This document shows, piece after piece, positions 27,096 through 39,384 of a stretch of DNA of 64,000 nt (position 1 is its first letter; each line of letters begins with the position of its first letter). A program made the position numbers and the translations under genes. The DNA comes from Felis catus (Eukaryota), in NCBI RefSeq assembly GCF_018350175.1, contig NC_058373.1, forward strand, positions 104,286,001 through 104,350,000, written 5' to 3'. A model generated the notes under the pieces. That model did not search any database and had not been told where the DNA came from. It saw nothing but the letters and a program-made list of their open reading frames with translations.

Positions 27096-28382
27096 AAATG
27101 AATATCTAGGCTTTTAGTTTCAAAATATCCTCCTTTTCAGAGCCTATAATTGCTTTCTGTCAAACTGGGAAGTTAATCTGGAATGTTCTCAGGATGCCCA
27201 AGTTCTCGCAAGCTTTATACCTAAAGCAGATTCACAGCTATGCAGAGAACAACCTTTGAAGTCACCATGCCTTGCTAGTGTCTCAGGTTCTGCTTTGATC
27301 TTTAGGAACCATTTTTCCTAGGAAACTTTCTTGCAATTGTATTTTCTGTCACCACGTATTTTTATTCTATAATGTCCATATTTCTTACTAATCAAGGGTG
27401 TTGTTTTTGGTGATATAAAGAGAAACAATATCACAGAAGCTATGTGATTTCTTTTAAATGCTCATTGTAACTGATTTTGATTAAAGTAATTAATTTTTTT
27501 TTTTATTTTTACCTTCTGGCATTTGAACAGGAAAAGTGGAGTCACTTGTTTGTAAACATTATGTAAAATGAGAAAGAGGCAGAAAAAGTCCAATTTCTTG
27601 ATGAGTTTTATCCTTTTACTTGTTACAGGTTGGGTTTGGGGAAGCTTTGCATTAAAATATCTAACAACTATTTAATAGATGTTTAATATTTAATAAAATA
27701 ATAATTATATTGCATATGCTGCTATATTTTTAAAAATGTGATGACAAAAGAGGAGAAGAGTCAAGAGGAAAAAAGAAAGGGAGAAAAGGGGGAAATTTAA
27801 ACAAGGGAAAATGGAAGTAAAAGGGAAAAGAACCAAAATCAAGGAAGAACATGAAAGAAAAAGGGAAGAGAGAAGTAGATAAAAAACAAAGAGAAGCAAA
27901 AAGGGAACAGGGGTAAACATGAAAACATGAAGCAATTAATTCTCTCCAAATCTTGCTATAGTTGTTGCTATTACTTCAAAAAATATATACTTCTTTAAAT
28001 AAATGTTCTTATTATCTGAGCACACACAATACTAAGAAATAGTGACCCTGAATGCTTTTCTTTCCTATTATTATATTTTAAGGAGAAAAGGCTTTTGAAA
28101 GTGATCTTTATTTCACAATGTTCTTGAATGCAAGGATAGGCAGTGTGGTTATTACTTCTTAGTTACGGTTAAAAAAAAAAGCATTGTGTAGATTTTCCTA
28201 TGCTGATATTTACTGTTAAGTTGTTCATATATTTGTTTATTCTAAAAGTGAATTGAATAGATGAAGGGGTACTTTATTTCCCACCAAAGGAAGGTGCTAA
28301 AAAAATGTTGGATAAATGAATAAACTGTAGATTCGTGTTTACAAAAGCTATTTCTATCTTAAAGTCAAATTATACTCTGCAA

Positions 28383-28449
28383 CCAAGAGCACACTGTATA
28401 CACTGTATGTTAGCCAATTTGACAATAAATTATATTAAAAAAAAAAAAA
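28383..28449 (+). mobile_element. Ultra-short carnivore L1 3' terminus with poly-A
   Basis: CACTGTATGTTAGCCAATTTGACAATAAATT + A13; TSD CAAATTATACTCTGCAA (28366-28382) / CAAATTACACTCCGCAA (28453-28469). Confidence 0.85.
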
Positions 28450-28866
28450 GCACAAATTACACTCCGCAAAACTGACACCCAATTCTTCCAGAGGGCAATG
28501 AATACTTTTGGGACTAGAATTTAAAACCGTTGCATTAAGACAATGTATGATAATCAAAAGGCCCTGATCTTGATAACAAATATTTTTAGTGCAGTTTTTG
28601 TTTCGAATGCAGCTTTACTACCAGGACCGCCTTGTGATTATAAATGCTATGTTATCAGTTAGAACTCAGCCTACTGCATTCAGTCCTGCCTATCTGGGCA
28701 TTAGCTTTTTGGGCTGCCACGTACCTTGAGCGTACACATTGCCTACAATGTGTACAGACAGATGCATGGTGTCTGGCACAGCACATAAAACATCTTTAAA
28801 ACAAGCCTTAACACTGGAATTTGGATCTGAATTTAAGTTGCTTTTTCAAATTTTCTTCCTTATAAG

Positions 28867-29664
28867 ATGGCAGTCTTTTGAATATCAGCCAGCTACTTGC
28901 AACACGGGGCACTCAGGCTAACCCATTTCAGGTTTATAAAGGTTTGGTCTTCTTGTTCCTACCTATGTGTTGGCACGCTGCAGTTATGTTGGAGCAGCAG
29001 AAGTAGCCGGGGATCAAGCCAATTGGCTACATGACATTGAAAGTCAATTGCTGAGGAAGATGAAGCCAAGTATAGCCTTCTCTGTAAAGAACAGCCAAGA
29101 AGATTCTAAAGGTATTTGAGGATCGTAAGAGAAACAGCCCCAGACAGGAATACTACTAGTCTTGGGGGATGGCTGACAATTTATACATACCCAGCTCCTC
29201 TTCTCCCTGGGGCAGAAAACAGGACATTTTGAAATGTGCAAAACCTCTGCACAATATACAATGGTACCTTTCATCTATTTCTTGTGACTTTTATTTGCTA
29301 TTGTTGTTGGATCCCCTACATAATTGTAAGCATATCGCAGGCAAGCACAATGGTAAACAGTGGGTGGACACTTCCTCTGCAGATGCAGACAATATCTGCC
29401 TGGCTGGCACTGCTTAATTCAGCCATTAACCCACTTTTATATACTCTTTTGAGCAAAAGGTACAGAAAACCTCTTAAGAACTTAAAGGAGAAGACGTTTT
29501 TCAAATTTCACTTCCTGGTTGAAGATATTTTGGTGAGTCGTTCTGAAAATGCTAAGGAAAAATCAGAAAGAAAGGCCTTCCAAAAACTCACAAACAACCC
29601 TGGGGCCTCTTTTAGAGTAAGCAACATGTGTGACCTTTGTCAGGTGCAATACTGCAACTCATAA
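28867..29664 (+). pseudogene. GPCR pseudogene terminal exon (ECL2 to C-terminus)
   Basis: Acceptor TTTTCTTCCTTATAAG (AG 28865-28866); stops at 28919, 28937, 29117; CWxP at 29305-29316 and NPxxY at 29428-29442 in a different frame (ORF 29236-29664). Confidence 0.9.
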
Positions 29665-30191
29665 AGCAACCCAGTCAGATAAAGAAATATATGGGTATAT
29701 TTCAAGCAATCTTCTGGTGGAGTAGGGAGAGCCTCTGGATTATGGAAATTTTCAAATCACAAGCAAGCAGGCCTTTTGTGCCCCAGGTGGTGAGGGTGTG
29801 AAGGTGAGCGCATGTACCCTAACCCACTGTCTTTGGAAGTCTGGTGTTTGCTGCCTGACCTCTCTGAGCCAGCTGCAATTATTTCCTCTCTGGTTTTCCT
29901 GCCTCCATTAGTTTCTCCCCCTAATTACTTTTCCACAAAACTACAGCATAATCTCCCTAAGACACCAATGACTGAAAGCTTCAGTCATTGACCATTCCCT
30001 GGAGAATATGGGCATAGGACCCTCTCCCACAGTTTTCTTAGTTGCAACATGCTCTCAAAAAACTGGACAAAGTACTTGAAGTTTCTGGACATGCCCTGTA
30101 CTGACAAGTCTTTACTCATTTCTCTTCTCCTAGGATACCTACCCTTCACCAACTGCCCTCCCTTTTTCTCCTCTGTTGGAATATTATCCAT

Positions 30192-30562
30192 TGTTATGAA
30201 TGAAAATGTATCCCCTCTCTCCCCCTCTCAAAGACATGTTGAAGTCCCAACTCCCGTACCATGAATGTAATCTTATTTGGAAATAGGATCTTTGCAGATG
30301 ATCAGGTTCAGTTAAGATGAGGTCATTTAGGGTGGGTCCTAATCCAATATGACCGGTGACCCTATGCTAAGGATTGCCAGCCCCCACCAGAAGCTGGGCA
30401 GCAGCAAGGAAGGATTCTACCCTGGGTTTCAGAGGCAGCATGGCCCTACCAATACCTTAGCTTTGGATGTCTAGCCTCCAGAACGGTGAGATAGTACATT
30501 TCTGCTGTTTTAAGCCACCAGTTTGTGGTACTTTGTTACAGCAGCCCTGGGAGACTAATACA
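30192..30562 (+). mobile_element. MaLR LTR (MLT1C/D-like)
   Basis: TGTTATGAATG start, CTTATTTGGAAATAGGATCTTTGCAGATG core, end TTTGTTACAGCAGCCCTGGGAGACTAATACA. Confidence 0.85.
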
Positions 30563-30939
30563 TTCGTCCTTCAAGGCCCAGTTCATATGGCACCTACTCC
30601 ATTAAACCTTCCCTGACTCCAATCTGTTTAAAGTAATCTCTTGCACTTCCTACAGCCTCATAATATTATTTTAAGAGCACAGCTTTTTGTTTTCATTTTC
30701 TGTATTAAATTGTGAGCTTCCTGAGCTAGGCTTTTATCCATTTAATCTTTTTGTCCCCGTGGAGGGTACAGCTCTGCATTTGGAAAGCCTCCCTTAAGTG
30801 TTTATTGAACTAAGTGGAACGGAATCTGTTTTTCACGACACCAATGACAAACAACTTCTTCTTAGAAGAAACTAATTTTAGATAATGTTTTAGTATCATC
30901 TGTTAACTCATTAACCATTTCTGGAAGAGCTCTTAGAAA

Positions 30940-31960
30940 AAAAATGCAATGAAAAATGAGGAATGAACAGCAACAGGCAATTCTCAGAGTAAGGTATAAA
31001 AAAATGCAGAAAGAGATCACATTACTCATAATTAAAGCAATGGCAATTATAACAAGTTACCATTTTCCACCTATAAATAACTGTTGGCATTGATTTAATA
31101 AAACTGGCATTCTCATTCAAGATGGTGAGGATGTAAATTAGTAAAACTTCTTTAGAGAGTAATCTGAAAAATGCCTATCAATGTTTTCAATGCACATGTC
31201 TTTGACCTAACAATTGTGCTTCCAGCAATTTCTCCTCTGGAACGCTCACACAACTGCTCAAATATAAATGAGCAACTCTATTCAAGGCAGCATTGTTTGA
31301 AATAGCTAAAACAAATTTTGGAAACTGTTGATGAACAGAGGACTAACTGAACAAATTAGGATTCATCCTAAAATGGAATATTTTGCAGTCCACAGAAAAA
31401 ATGGAATAGAACTACATGAGCTAATAGGAAATGATCTCTAACACATATTATCAAGAGAAAGCAAATAAAAATATACGATGTTGGGGCGCCTGGGTGGCTC
31501 AGTCGGTTAAGCGGCCGACTTCCGCTAAGGTCACGATTTCACAGTCCGTGAGTTCGAGCCCCGCGTCGGGCTCTGTGCTGACAGCTCAGAGCCTGGAGCC
31601 TGTTTCAGATTCTGTGTCTCCCTCTCTCTGACCCTCCCCTGTTCATGCTCTGTCTCTCCGTCTCAAAAATAAATAAAACGTTAAAAAAAATTTAAAAAAT
31701 ATATACAATGCTATATTTTTTGGTATGCTTCTGTTTGGAAGAAGAAAGTATACATACATATATATGATTATGTATCATACGGTGATTTCATAATGATATA
31801 CAAGAAACCACTGATTGTGATGGTCATTGGAAGGAAGACACAAAGTCTCAGGTAAGAGGAAGATTATTTTTTAGTCTGTACTTTCTTTTGTACTATTGGA
31901 GATTTTAACGTATAACATATAATTGTATAATTATAGCTGTAAAATGTATAATTATTCCAT
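30940..31960 (+). mobile_element. Very old L1 (L1ME-like) 3' region containing a young Can-SINE at 31483-31700
   Basis: Degenerate ORF2 C-terminal phrases; CpG-intact SINE head GGGGCGCCTGGGTGGCTCAGTCGG. Confidence 0.7.
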
Positions 31961-31964
31961 TTAA

Positions 31965-32172
31965 AATTTATTTTTTATGTTTATTAATTTTCTTATTTTG
32001 AGAGAGAGAGCACAGGAGTGGCAGAGAGACAGGGAGAGAGAGAATTCCAAGCAGGCTCCACACCCTCATTGAAGAGCCTGATGAAGGGCTTGAAATTATG
32101 AAACCATGAGATCATGACCTGAGCCAAAATCAAGAGTCAGACACTTAACTGACTGAGTTACCCAGGTGCCCC
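31965..32172 (-). mobile_element. Can-SINE
   Basis: Reverse head CCCAGGTGCCCC; flanks ATTTAAAATTTA. Confidence 0.88.
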
Positions 32173-33006
32173 TCAATTTAAAATTTAATAAAGAAAGTTT
32201 TCATAGATACTAGTATTCAGCATGTGCATAAAATATTATTTGATAATGTCTATTAGATTCATTTTGCTTATTGCAATAAATAAATGATTCATCTAACATG
32301 ATTTGATTAAATATAATTTTATACCTGTTAAAATTTGTAATTTGCAGATTCACTTAAGTACATTTTGGAAATCAGACATTTTAAAAAGTTTCCCAATTTT
32401 ATTACAAAAGCAAAACATGATCACTGAAGAATAATTAGAAAATAAAGACAAAAATACATAAATATCCTTATTTCCATCATCCAGAGATTATCAAGTAATA
32501 ATCTGATGAGTATCTTTCCAGAATTTATTTTATGCTAAAATATGTATACACAGAAAGGACTTGTACATAATTATAATTTTTCACTGATATTATTAATTTA
32601 TTTCCATGTTTATATTTTAGAATGGAAGAAACCTTAAAATTAACTTAAAACAGAATACACAAAAAACAGCACTTGCACAAACCACCATACGTATATTGCC
32701 CTCCTCCTTTGCACGTCCATGACAGATATGCTGACTCATCATGATCATGGCACGTTCTGGTAGAGTTGAGACACAGCCTTTCGTCTTCCTCAACAAAGTG
32801 TTACACAAAACCACAACCAAAAGACTAAAGGTTAAAGTCAGGCAAGCTGATTATTTTTGACTAATCTAAGCCAATAATAAGGAGTCAAGTGATTTCCTGA
32901 CCAAAGCCACACAACAGCAACAGGATTCAAGGTTAGGAACTTGCTAAAATATTATATTGTCATAAATTTAAAATAGCATTTTATGGACTATGCTTCACAA
33001 TAGTAA

Positions 33007-33227
33007 TTTTTTTTTTAATTTTTTTTAACATTTTATTTATTTTTGAGACAGGGAGAGACAGAGCATGAACAAGGGAGGGTCAGAGAGAGGGAGACACAGA
33101 ATCTGAAACAGGCTCCAGGCTCTGAGCTGTCAGCACAGAGCCCGACGCGGGGCTCGAACTCACAGACCGCGAGATCATGACCTGAGCCAAGTCGGCCACT
33201 CAACCGACTGAGCCACCCAGGCGCCCC
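33007..33227 (-). mobile_element. Young feline-type Can-SINE
   Basis: CpG-intact; TSD CACAATAGTAATTTT. Confidence 0.95.
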
Positions 33228-34023
33228 ACACAATAGTAATTTTTAAACACTGAAATTAAAGGGATAAATGAAGTTTGGGGCAAAAGTATGTAATAATTAA
33301 GTGTACCTAAATTTCTATTTATTCTTTGTGTTTAATCCATATTTATTCAGTGTGGCAATTTCACTGCTGCTGTGGCACCCTGTCCTGAGAACACAACTGC
33401 TCCTCTACTTGATATTCTGCAGATTAAGACTTTTCAAATGTTTAGCAGATTAACACTGTTATACAAAAACCTAAAAGGCCCTTCCAAACTCTTTGTTTAT
33501 TAAAGCCATCTAGGATTAGGAGATTCCCTGAAGCTCATGGTGTGCATTTTAGAAATCTGACAGAGAGGAATGTCACCTCTACCGAGCTCTGGGAGAAGAA
33601 AACCATCTGTGTGTGATTCATATCTTTGGATTCCTGAATTCTCAAGGCAGGTAGTAGCCTGTGGCCTTCACCATGTGATATGTAGTGGTATCTTAAACAG
33701 CCCAGGTTCACATACTATATGAGCACATCACTGCATTAGCAATATATTGTACCCTGAAGCACACATTGTAGGACCACACTCTACCAATACAAGATGATAA
33801 ATACTGCCCATTGAGTCAACAATACTTAACAAATGTTTAATGAGCATTTATCTTGTGCCAAGCATTGTGTTAGGTTCTGAGGCTACAAAGATTGGGCAGA
33901 CACAGTCCCTGACCTGAAAGAGCTTGCAATAAAACAGGGGGAACAGACATAAACAATTTTTTCTTACACTTTGAGGTTTTTCTATTGTTAACACTTATTT
34001 CATGGATAAAGAAACAAGAGGTG

Positions 34024-34145
34024 GGGCACCTGGGTGGCTCAGTCAGTTAAGCTTCCGACTCTTGATCTCAAGGTTGTGAGTTCAAGCTCTGCATTGGGCT
34101 CCTCACTGGGCAAAACATAAGAAATGAGAAACAAAAAAACAAAGA
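34024..34145 (+). mobile_element. Short Can-SINE
   Basis: Head GGGCACCTGGGTGGCTCAG, A-rich tail. Confidence 0.8.
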
Positions 34146-35299
34146 AATGAGGCAATATTTACAATAATAATCTATTTTTTTCTTTCCTAAATACTTTAAC
34201 AAATAAATGTAGGAAACACCAAGTTACAGAACAATGTGTTTTGTTATTATATTCATAACATATATTATTTTATTTGTTGTTATGTTATTTATTTATTATT
34301 ATTTACTTTATTTATATATACTAGATAGACAAAAGACAGACCTGTTAACATTGGTTATTTCAGAAGACCAGTATTGTCTGCGATGGGTGAAGTGGGAAAC
34401 TGTCATATTTATTCTTTATCTGCCATTGTTGTTGGCTTTTTAAGTGAAAATATATTATTTGATAATTTTAAATAATAAAAGATATCTCTAAATAATTTCC
34501 ATAATTTTAAGAATAATGGTATATTTTCTTATGATCCTTTTATATCATAAAGCTTTTAAAGAGGTTTAGCTAATTCCAAAACTTACGAATTTGAGTGTTG
34601 TTTTTTTTTCTTATAAATCAAAGCAAGTCTGCCCTGCTCCCAACATGTGGTGATTAAAATATTTCTACAGGACCAAATAGGTGTTAGAAGTAAAAGGGTT
34701 TGCATATATTTTTATTAATTCTGTAAAAAGAGTTTTCTCATACTGGAAGGACCATCTTCAGTCCTACACTTTCTTTGTAGACCTTGTCCTAATCCACGCA
34801 TCCTCTTGAGGTCAACAGGAACCTATGTCATCTCCAAAAGGCATATAACTAGGTGAAAAAATTGCAATTCCATCTGACAGTAAGGACATGCTAAGAACAA
34901 AAGCTCAATAGAATCACACAAAATATTACAGCACTGTCCTTCCTACCACACTCTCCTTGTAATCCATGTTGTTACAGACTAATATTAGGTACACTAAACC
35001 CTCAATATAAATAGGATACTGGAACAAAGAAAGCAATCCAAGATTTTATAATAATGATGATGATGATAATACTACAGTATTCCTTGCATGCAAAAATACT
35101 TTGGATGGACAATAAAACAACTACAAGGTAGCTAAAAATGTTGAAAATATTCAGTGTAGAAAGAAAAACACAAAAATTAAAAAAATGCTTTAGCTTTATA
35201 ATAGAAACAATACTGACATACAAGGCACTGGGCATCCCATAGTGACAGCATCTGGACAGGTGACTGTATTCCCCTCATTCTCCCAACTTTTCAGATAGT

Positions 35300-35950
35300 C
35301 TTTTGTTTTTGTTTTGTTTTTGTATCTTTTTATTATGGTAAGATATATGTTACATAAAATTTGCCATAAAGTGTATAATTCAGGTGGTATCTGGGTGGCT
35401 CGGTCGGTTAAGCATCCAACTTCAGCTCAGGTCATGATCTCACAGTTCGTGGGTTCGAGCCTGGCGTCCAGCTCTGTGCTGACAGCTCAGAGCCTGGAGC
35501 GTGCTTTGGATTCTGTGTCTCCTTCTCTCACTGCCACTCACCTGCTCATGCGCTCTTTCTCTCTCTCAAAAATGGATAAACATTAAAACAATTTTTTTTA
35601 AATAAAAAAAGAAACTATACTCGTTAAACAAGAATTCCCCAGTCTCCCTTCCCAACAGCCCGTGGTAACTTCTAATCTACTTTCCATCCCTATGAATTTG
35701 ACTGTTTTAAGTATCTCATGTATAGGTGGAATTATGTAATATTCGTCCTTTTGTGTCTGGCATATTTCACTTAGCATGATTTTTTTTAAGATTCATTCAT
35801 ATTGTAGCATGTATTAGAACCTTATTCTTTTTCAATGCTGAATAATAGTTCATTGCATATGACACTTTGTTTATCCATTCACCTGTGAATGGACATTAGG
35901 CTTGTTTCTACCTTTTGGCTATTGTGAATAACACTGCTATAAATTTTTAT
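35300..35950 (-). mobile_element. Old L1 3' end interrupted by a + strand Can-SINE (35384-35600)
   Basis: Reverse L1 3' phrases (tttcacttagcatg, tttatccattcacctgtgaatggaca, ccttttggctattgtgaata). Confidence 0.8.
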
Positions 35951-36094
35951 GCCACTTGGCTAGGTGGCTGTTTCCTGCTACTTCATTCTGAAGGCACAGG
36001 ACTTTGATCAGAGCATACATTAACTTCTGAATGGTTTTTGTTTTTGCCATGAGTGTAGTGGGGCACTAAGGAACCCACAAATTCAGATTTATTT

Positions 36095-36331
36095 TATCAT
36101 TATCATTATTTTATTATTGTTATTATTATTATTATTAATTTAGAGAGAGAGAGAGAGAGAGAGAGAGAGCATGAACAGGGAAAGTGGGAGAGGGAGACAG
36201 GAGAGAATCCCAACCAGGCTCCACACTAAGTGTGGAGCTGGACGCAGGGCTTGATCCCATGACCCTGGGATCATGACCTAAGCCAAAACCAAGGGTCAGA
36301 CCCTCAACCAACTGAGCCACCCAAACACCCC
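36095..36331 (-). mobile_element. Can-SINE with (ATT)n tail and (GA)n
   Basis: Reverse head GAGCCACCCAAACACCCC; flanks CAGATTT. Confidence 0.87.
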
Positions 36332-37867
36332 AGATTTTGACAAATGACGTCAACAAACAGTGAAAGACAAGACTCTGAAGCTAAAAGAATTTCTTCCTTT
36401 CATATAACTTGATCTGTGATATTAGCATATTTGAAGAAAGAATGTATCAACAATTGGAAGTGGCTTACATAAAGGTGTAGAAAAAGCAGAAGGTGAAGAT
36501 GCGATTTGAAGCTGGAGAACCCTGATAAGCAAACTGTAAATTGTAAGTCTGTGGAATAGATACATTTATTGTGGAGACAGATGCAGCTATTTATTACAGT
36601 ATGATAACATATTTAACTAAATAAACAAAGATACCAATGTATACCATAAAAAACAAAAAGTCTTTTCTCATAATCTACTTGATGATCATACCCTGTCACA
36701 TGCTCTATAGCTCCCAGGACTTTTTACTCAGAGTTTTTAACTTGATAATTAGTTGTGCAATTATTTGTTTACTCTTTCTCTCCCTTAAGCTCAATGAGGA
36801 TGGGGATTGTGTTTATCTTTTGCACAGTGCTAGCTGCATTTATAATCAGTCTCTTACAATCTTGGTTGGTCTAATCTGCTCAGCCCAGAACTTGGAAATT
36901 AAATGCCAGAACTTGAAAAGTTAAAGCTATAACTTTAAGTAATTCACCAAGATAAACTTGTAATAAAGTCAGCCAGGCAATTTTCCCTAAAGAAATCTTC
37001 CCAGCCCACTGGGCACCCTCTCAAACCACAAAGCACTCAGAATTGCTCAAGCACCACAGGGATACGATAGAAATTTTCATTGATATTTCAAAATGACCTC
37101 TGTAGAAATGTGCACAAGCACTTAAATTACTGTGATTATTTCTTCCTAGCAAGATATTGTCAGAGTTTAACCACTCTATCCAAAGTGGAAACTAAAATAT
37201 AGATGGAATACTACAAAGCAAAAGTACAGCATTGTTAATAATTTTTTAAATGACTCATTTAACTATCTACTCTATATTTCAAACAACTTAGAAACCATGA
37301 TAAAGGACATGAAAAATTCACTCAAAGAACAAAAAGAATCACAGAGAATCCTTTACCTGTGCTCAGAACATAGCAATGGCAGTGACAAGAATAGAACTCA
37401 TATATCTCGGGTTTCCAATTTCAGGGTTGCCGGAAGAGAAACTAGTTTCTGAATATGAAAGTGACCTGACCGAACCATCTTGTACCACAAGTCAAGTTGT
37501 ATATGACAGAAATAAGCCTCTGCTTATTTCCTTCTAGAAGGTGTTGCTTGTCTCATTTGCCTTCTCAGGAAACCTGTATCCTAACTCCACCATTTGAAGC
37601 ATACTCATTAGTTCGGATTCTGTGAGTAACAGCACTGGACCTTAAGGGTCTCTTTAATAAAGAGTTTTATGGGCATTAAACAAATGACTTTAGAATAACT
37701 AACCATTGCTCACAGTGGAGGAAGAAGCAGATATGGTTTCTACATGGCTAATGTGAACAAAACTTTTACAGCATTTAGTAAATTGCTATTGTTAATTTCT
37801 GAGTCCTTCTCCCTAGTTAACTATAGAAAACCCTTAGCCAAACTTACCTTGAAAAATGGTCATAACT

Positions 37868-38058
37868 GGGGTGCCTGGCTGGCTCAGTTGGTTAAGATCT
37901 GATTCTTGATTTCAGCGCAGGTCATGATCTCATGGTTCATGAGTTCGAGCCTCATGTCAAGCTCTCTCTGTCTCTCTCACCTTCTCTTTCTGCCTCTCCC
38001 CAGCTTGTGCTCTCTCTCTCTCTCTAAAAATAAATAATTAAACTCAAAAACAAAAGAA
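37868..38058 (+). mobile_element. Can-SINE
   Basis: Head GGGGTGCCTGGCTGGCTCAG, CT tract, A tail. Confidence 0.87.
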
Positions 38059-38485
38059 AACTTGCTATAATCTCAAGTTTTTTTTTTCTTGTTGGTTCAG
38101 TATATCAAATAGGGTTCCTGCCTGTTTCATTTTTTAATATCTGGGTTCTTATTTCCATTAGAGATTTTCCTAGGCTCCCTCGCAAATAGAAATTATTAAA
38201 TAAAGCTTACTTTGCACCATTGCTCCAAGTATTTATATATTCATTTAACATACAAAATAAACTTCATGAGATGTGAATGATTATAACTGCACTATACATA
38301 TAAGGAAAACAAGGCACAGAGAGGTTAAGAATTTGCCCAAAGTCACACAGCTAGTATGTGGCAGAAACTGAGGATTCATTCTCCATGTGATTAACTACTA
38401 TGTTATGTTGCTTGTCTAAGTACCAGGTACTTGATCACAGAATCCTCTGGGCTTGCTCCCACCAGTATGCTCAGAAAAACACCTA

Positions 38486-38499
38486 TTTCTTTCTTTCTT

Positions 38500-38549
<50 letters not shown>
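38486..38549. repeat. (TTTC)n/(CT)n microsatellite
   Basis: Direct reading. Confidence 0.95.
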
Positions 38550-38551
<2 letters not shown>

Positions 38552-39384
38552 GTTTGGCACTCTAAACTCCAAATTAGTTTAAGGGTATGGGAAGTATGAC
38601 CACACAGACACTATCTCTGTGCTTGCTTTGTAGATGAAATCAAGATCTGTGAGAATTTGCACATACAAAGGTGCATGTAATTGTCTTAAACATTTCATTT
38701 TCTCATGCTCTTAATTTTTAGGGCCTAGTCAGTTAATCAAGATTATAGTCTTATTCAAGTGTCAGGAAATTAAAGTATGTAAAAAAACATACATGTTTGC
38801 TTATCTAATCATTAGAACATGCTCTTCCTTTAGCATTTCATTAATTTTTTTATTAAAACATTTTTATTTTAAAAGAAAAATCTCTTTCATGGAGATTTAA
38901 TGGATCACATATCCCTAGCCAGAAAAAAATGAAATGATTTCCATTTTGAAATATATATTCCAGGAGAAAAAAAATATTTTATTTTTGGTGTCACTTCTAT
39001 AGTGGATCAACTTCCTTGCTTTTCTATAAACTGAAACCAGGCAATATGTAGTGGTCAATGGAAAGTAGATTCACTTCTTTTGAGGATTAAAAAACATAAC
39101 TCAAACACATGCAAAATTCATTGTATTGATGTTGGCACTAGATTTTCTTGCAAAGTCACTCTTCTATCACTGTTAATAAAAAGATAACACATATTGACAA
39201 GATTTTAAACATCTATTGAAAAAATTACAGTTGATTAAAAATACTGAGTTATTTTTTATCTGATACAAACATATTTATTGTTGTGCAATATTGCCCTCTT
39301 GTGTTTTCTCTAGTTAAGTCATTATTATTTTTATCAATTTAATATTCAGCTTTTAACTTTTCCATCTAAAATTAACTCACTCAA

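Larger units (their letters stand above)
27240..29664 (+). pseudogene. Non-processed class A (rhodopsin-like) orphan GPCR pseudogene, three remnant segments
   Basis: 27321-27392 GNFLAIVFSVTTYFYSIMSIFLTN (TM1 GN motif, ICL1, TM2 start); 28613-~28731 frameshifted ICL2-TM4; 28867 onward WQSFEY.. (ECL2), FGLLVPTYVLARCSY (TM5), CCWIPY (TM6), NSAINPLLY (TM7), LSKRYRK (helix 8); multiple stops and frameshifts. Confidence 0.85.
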
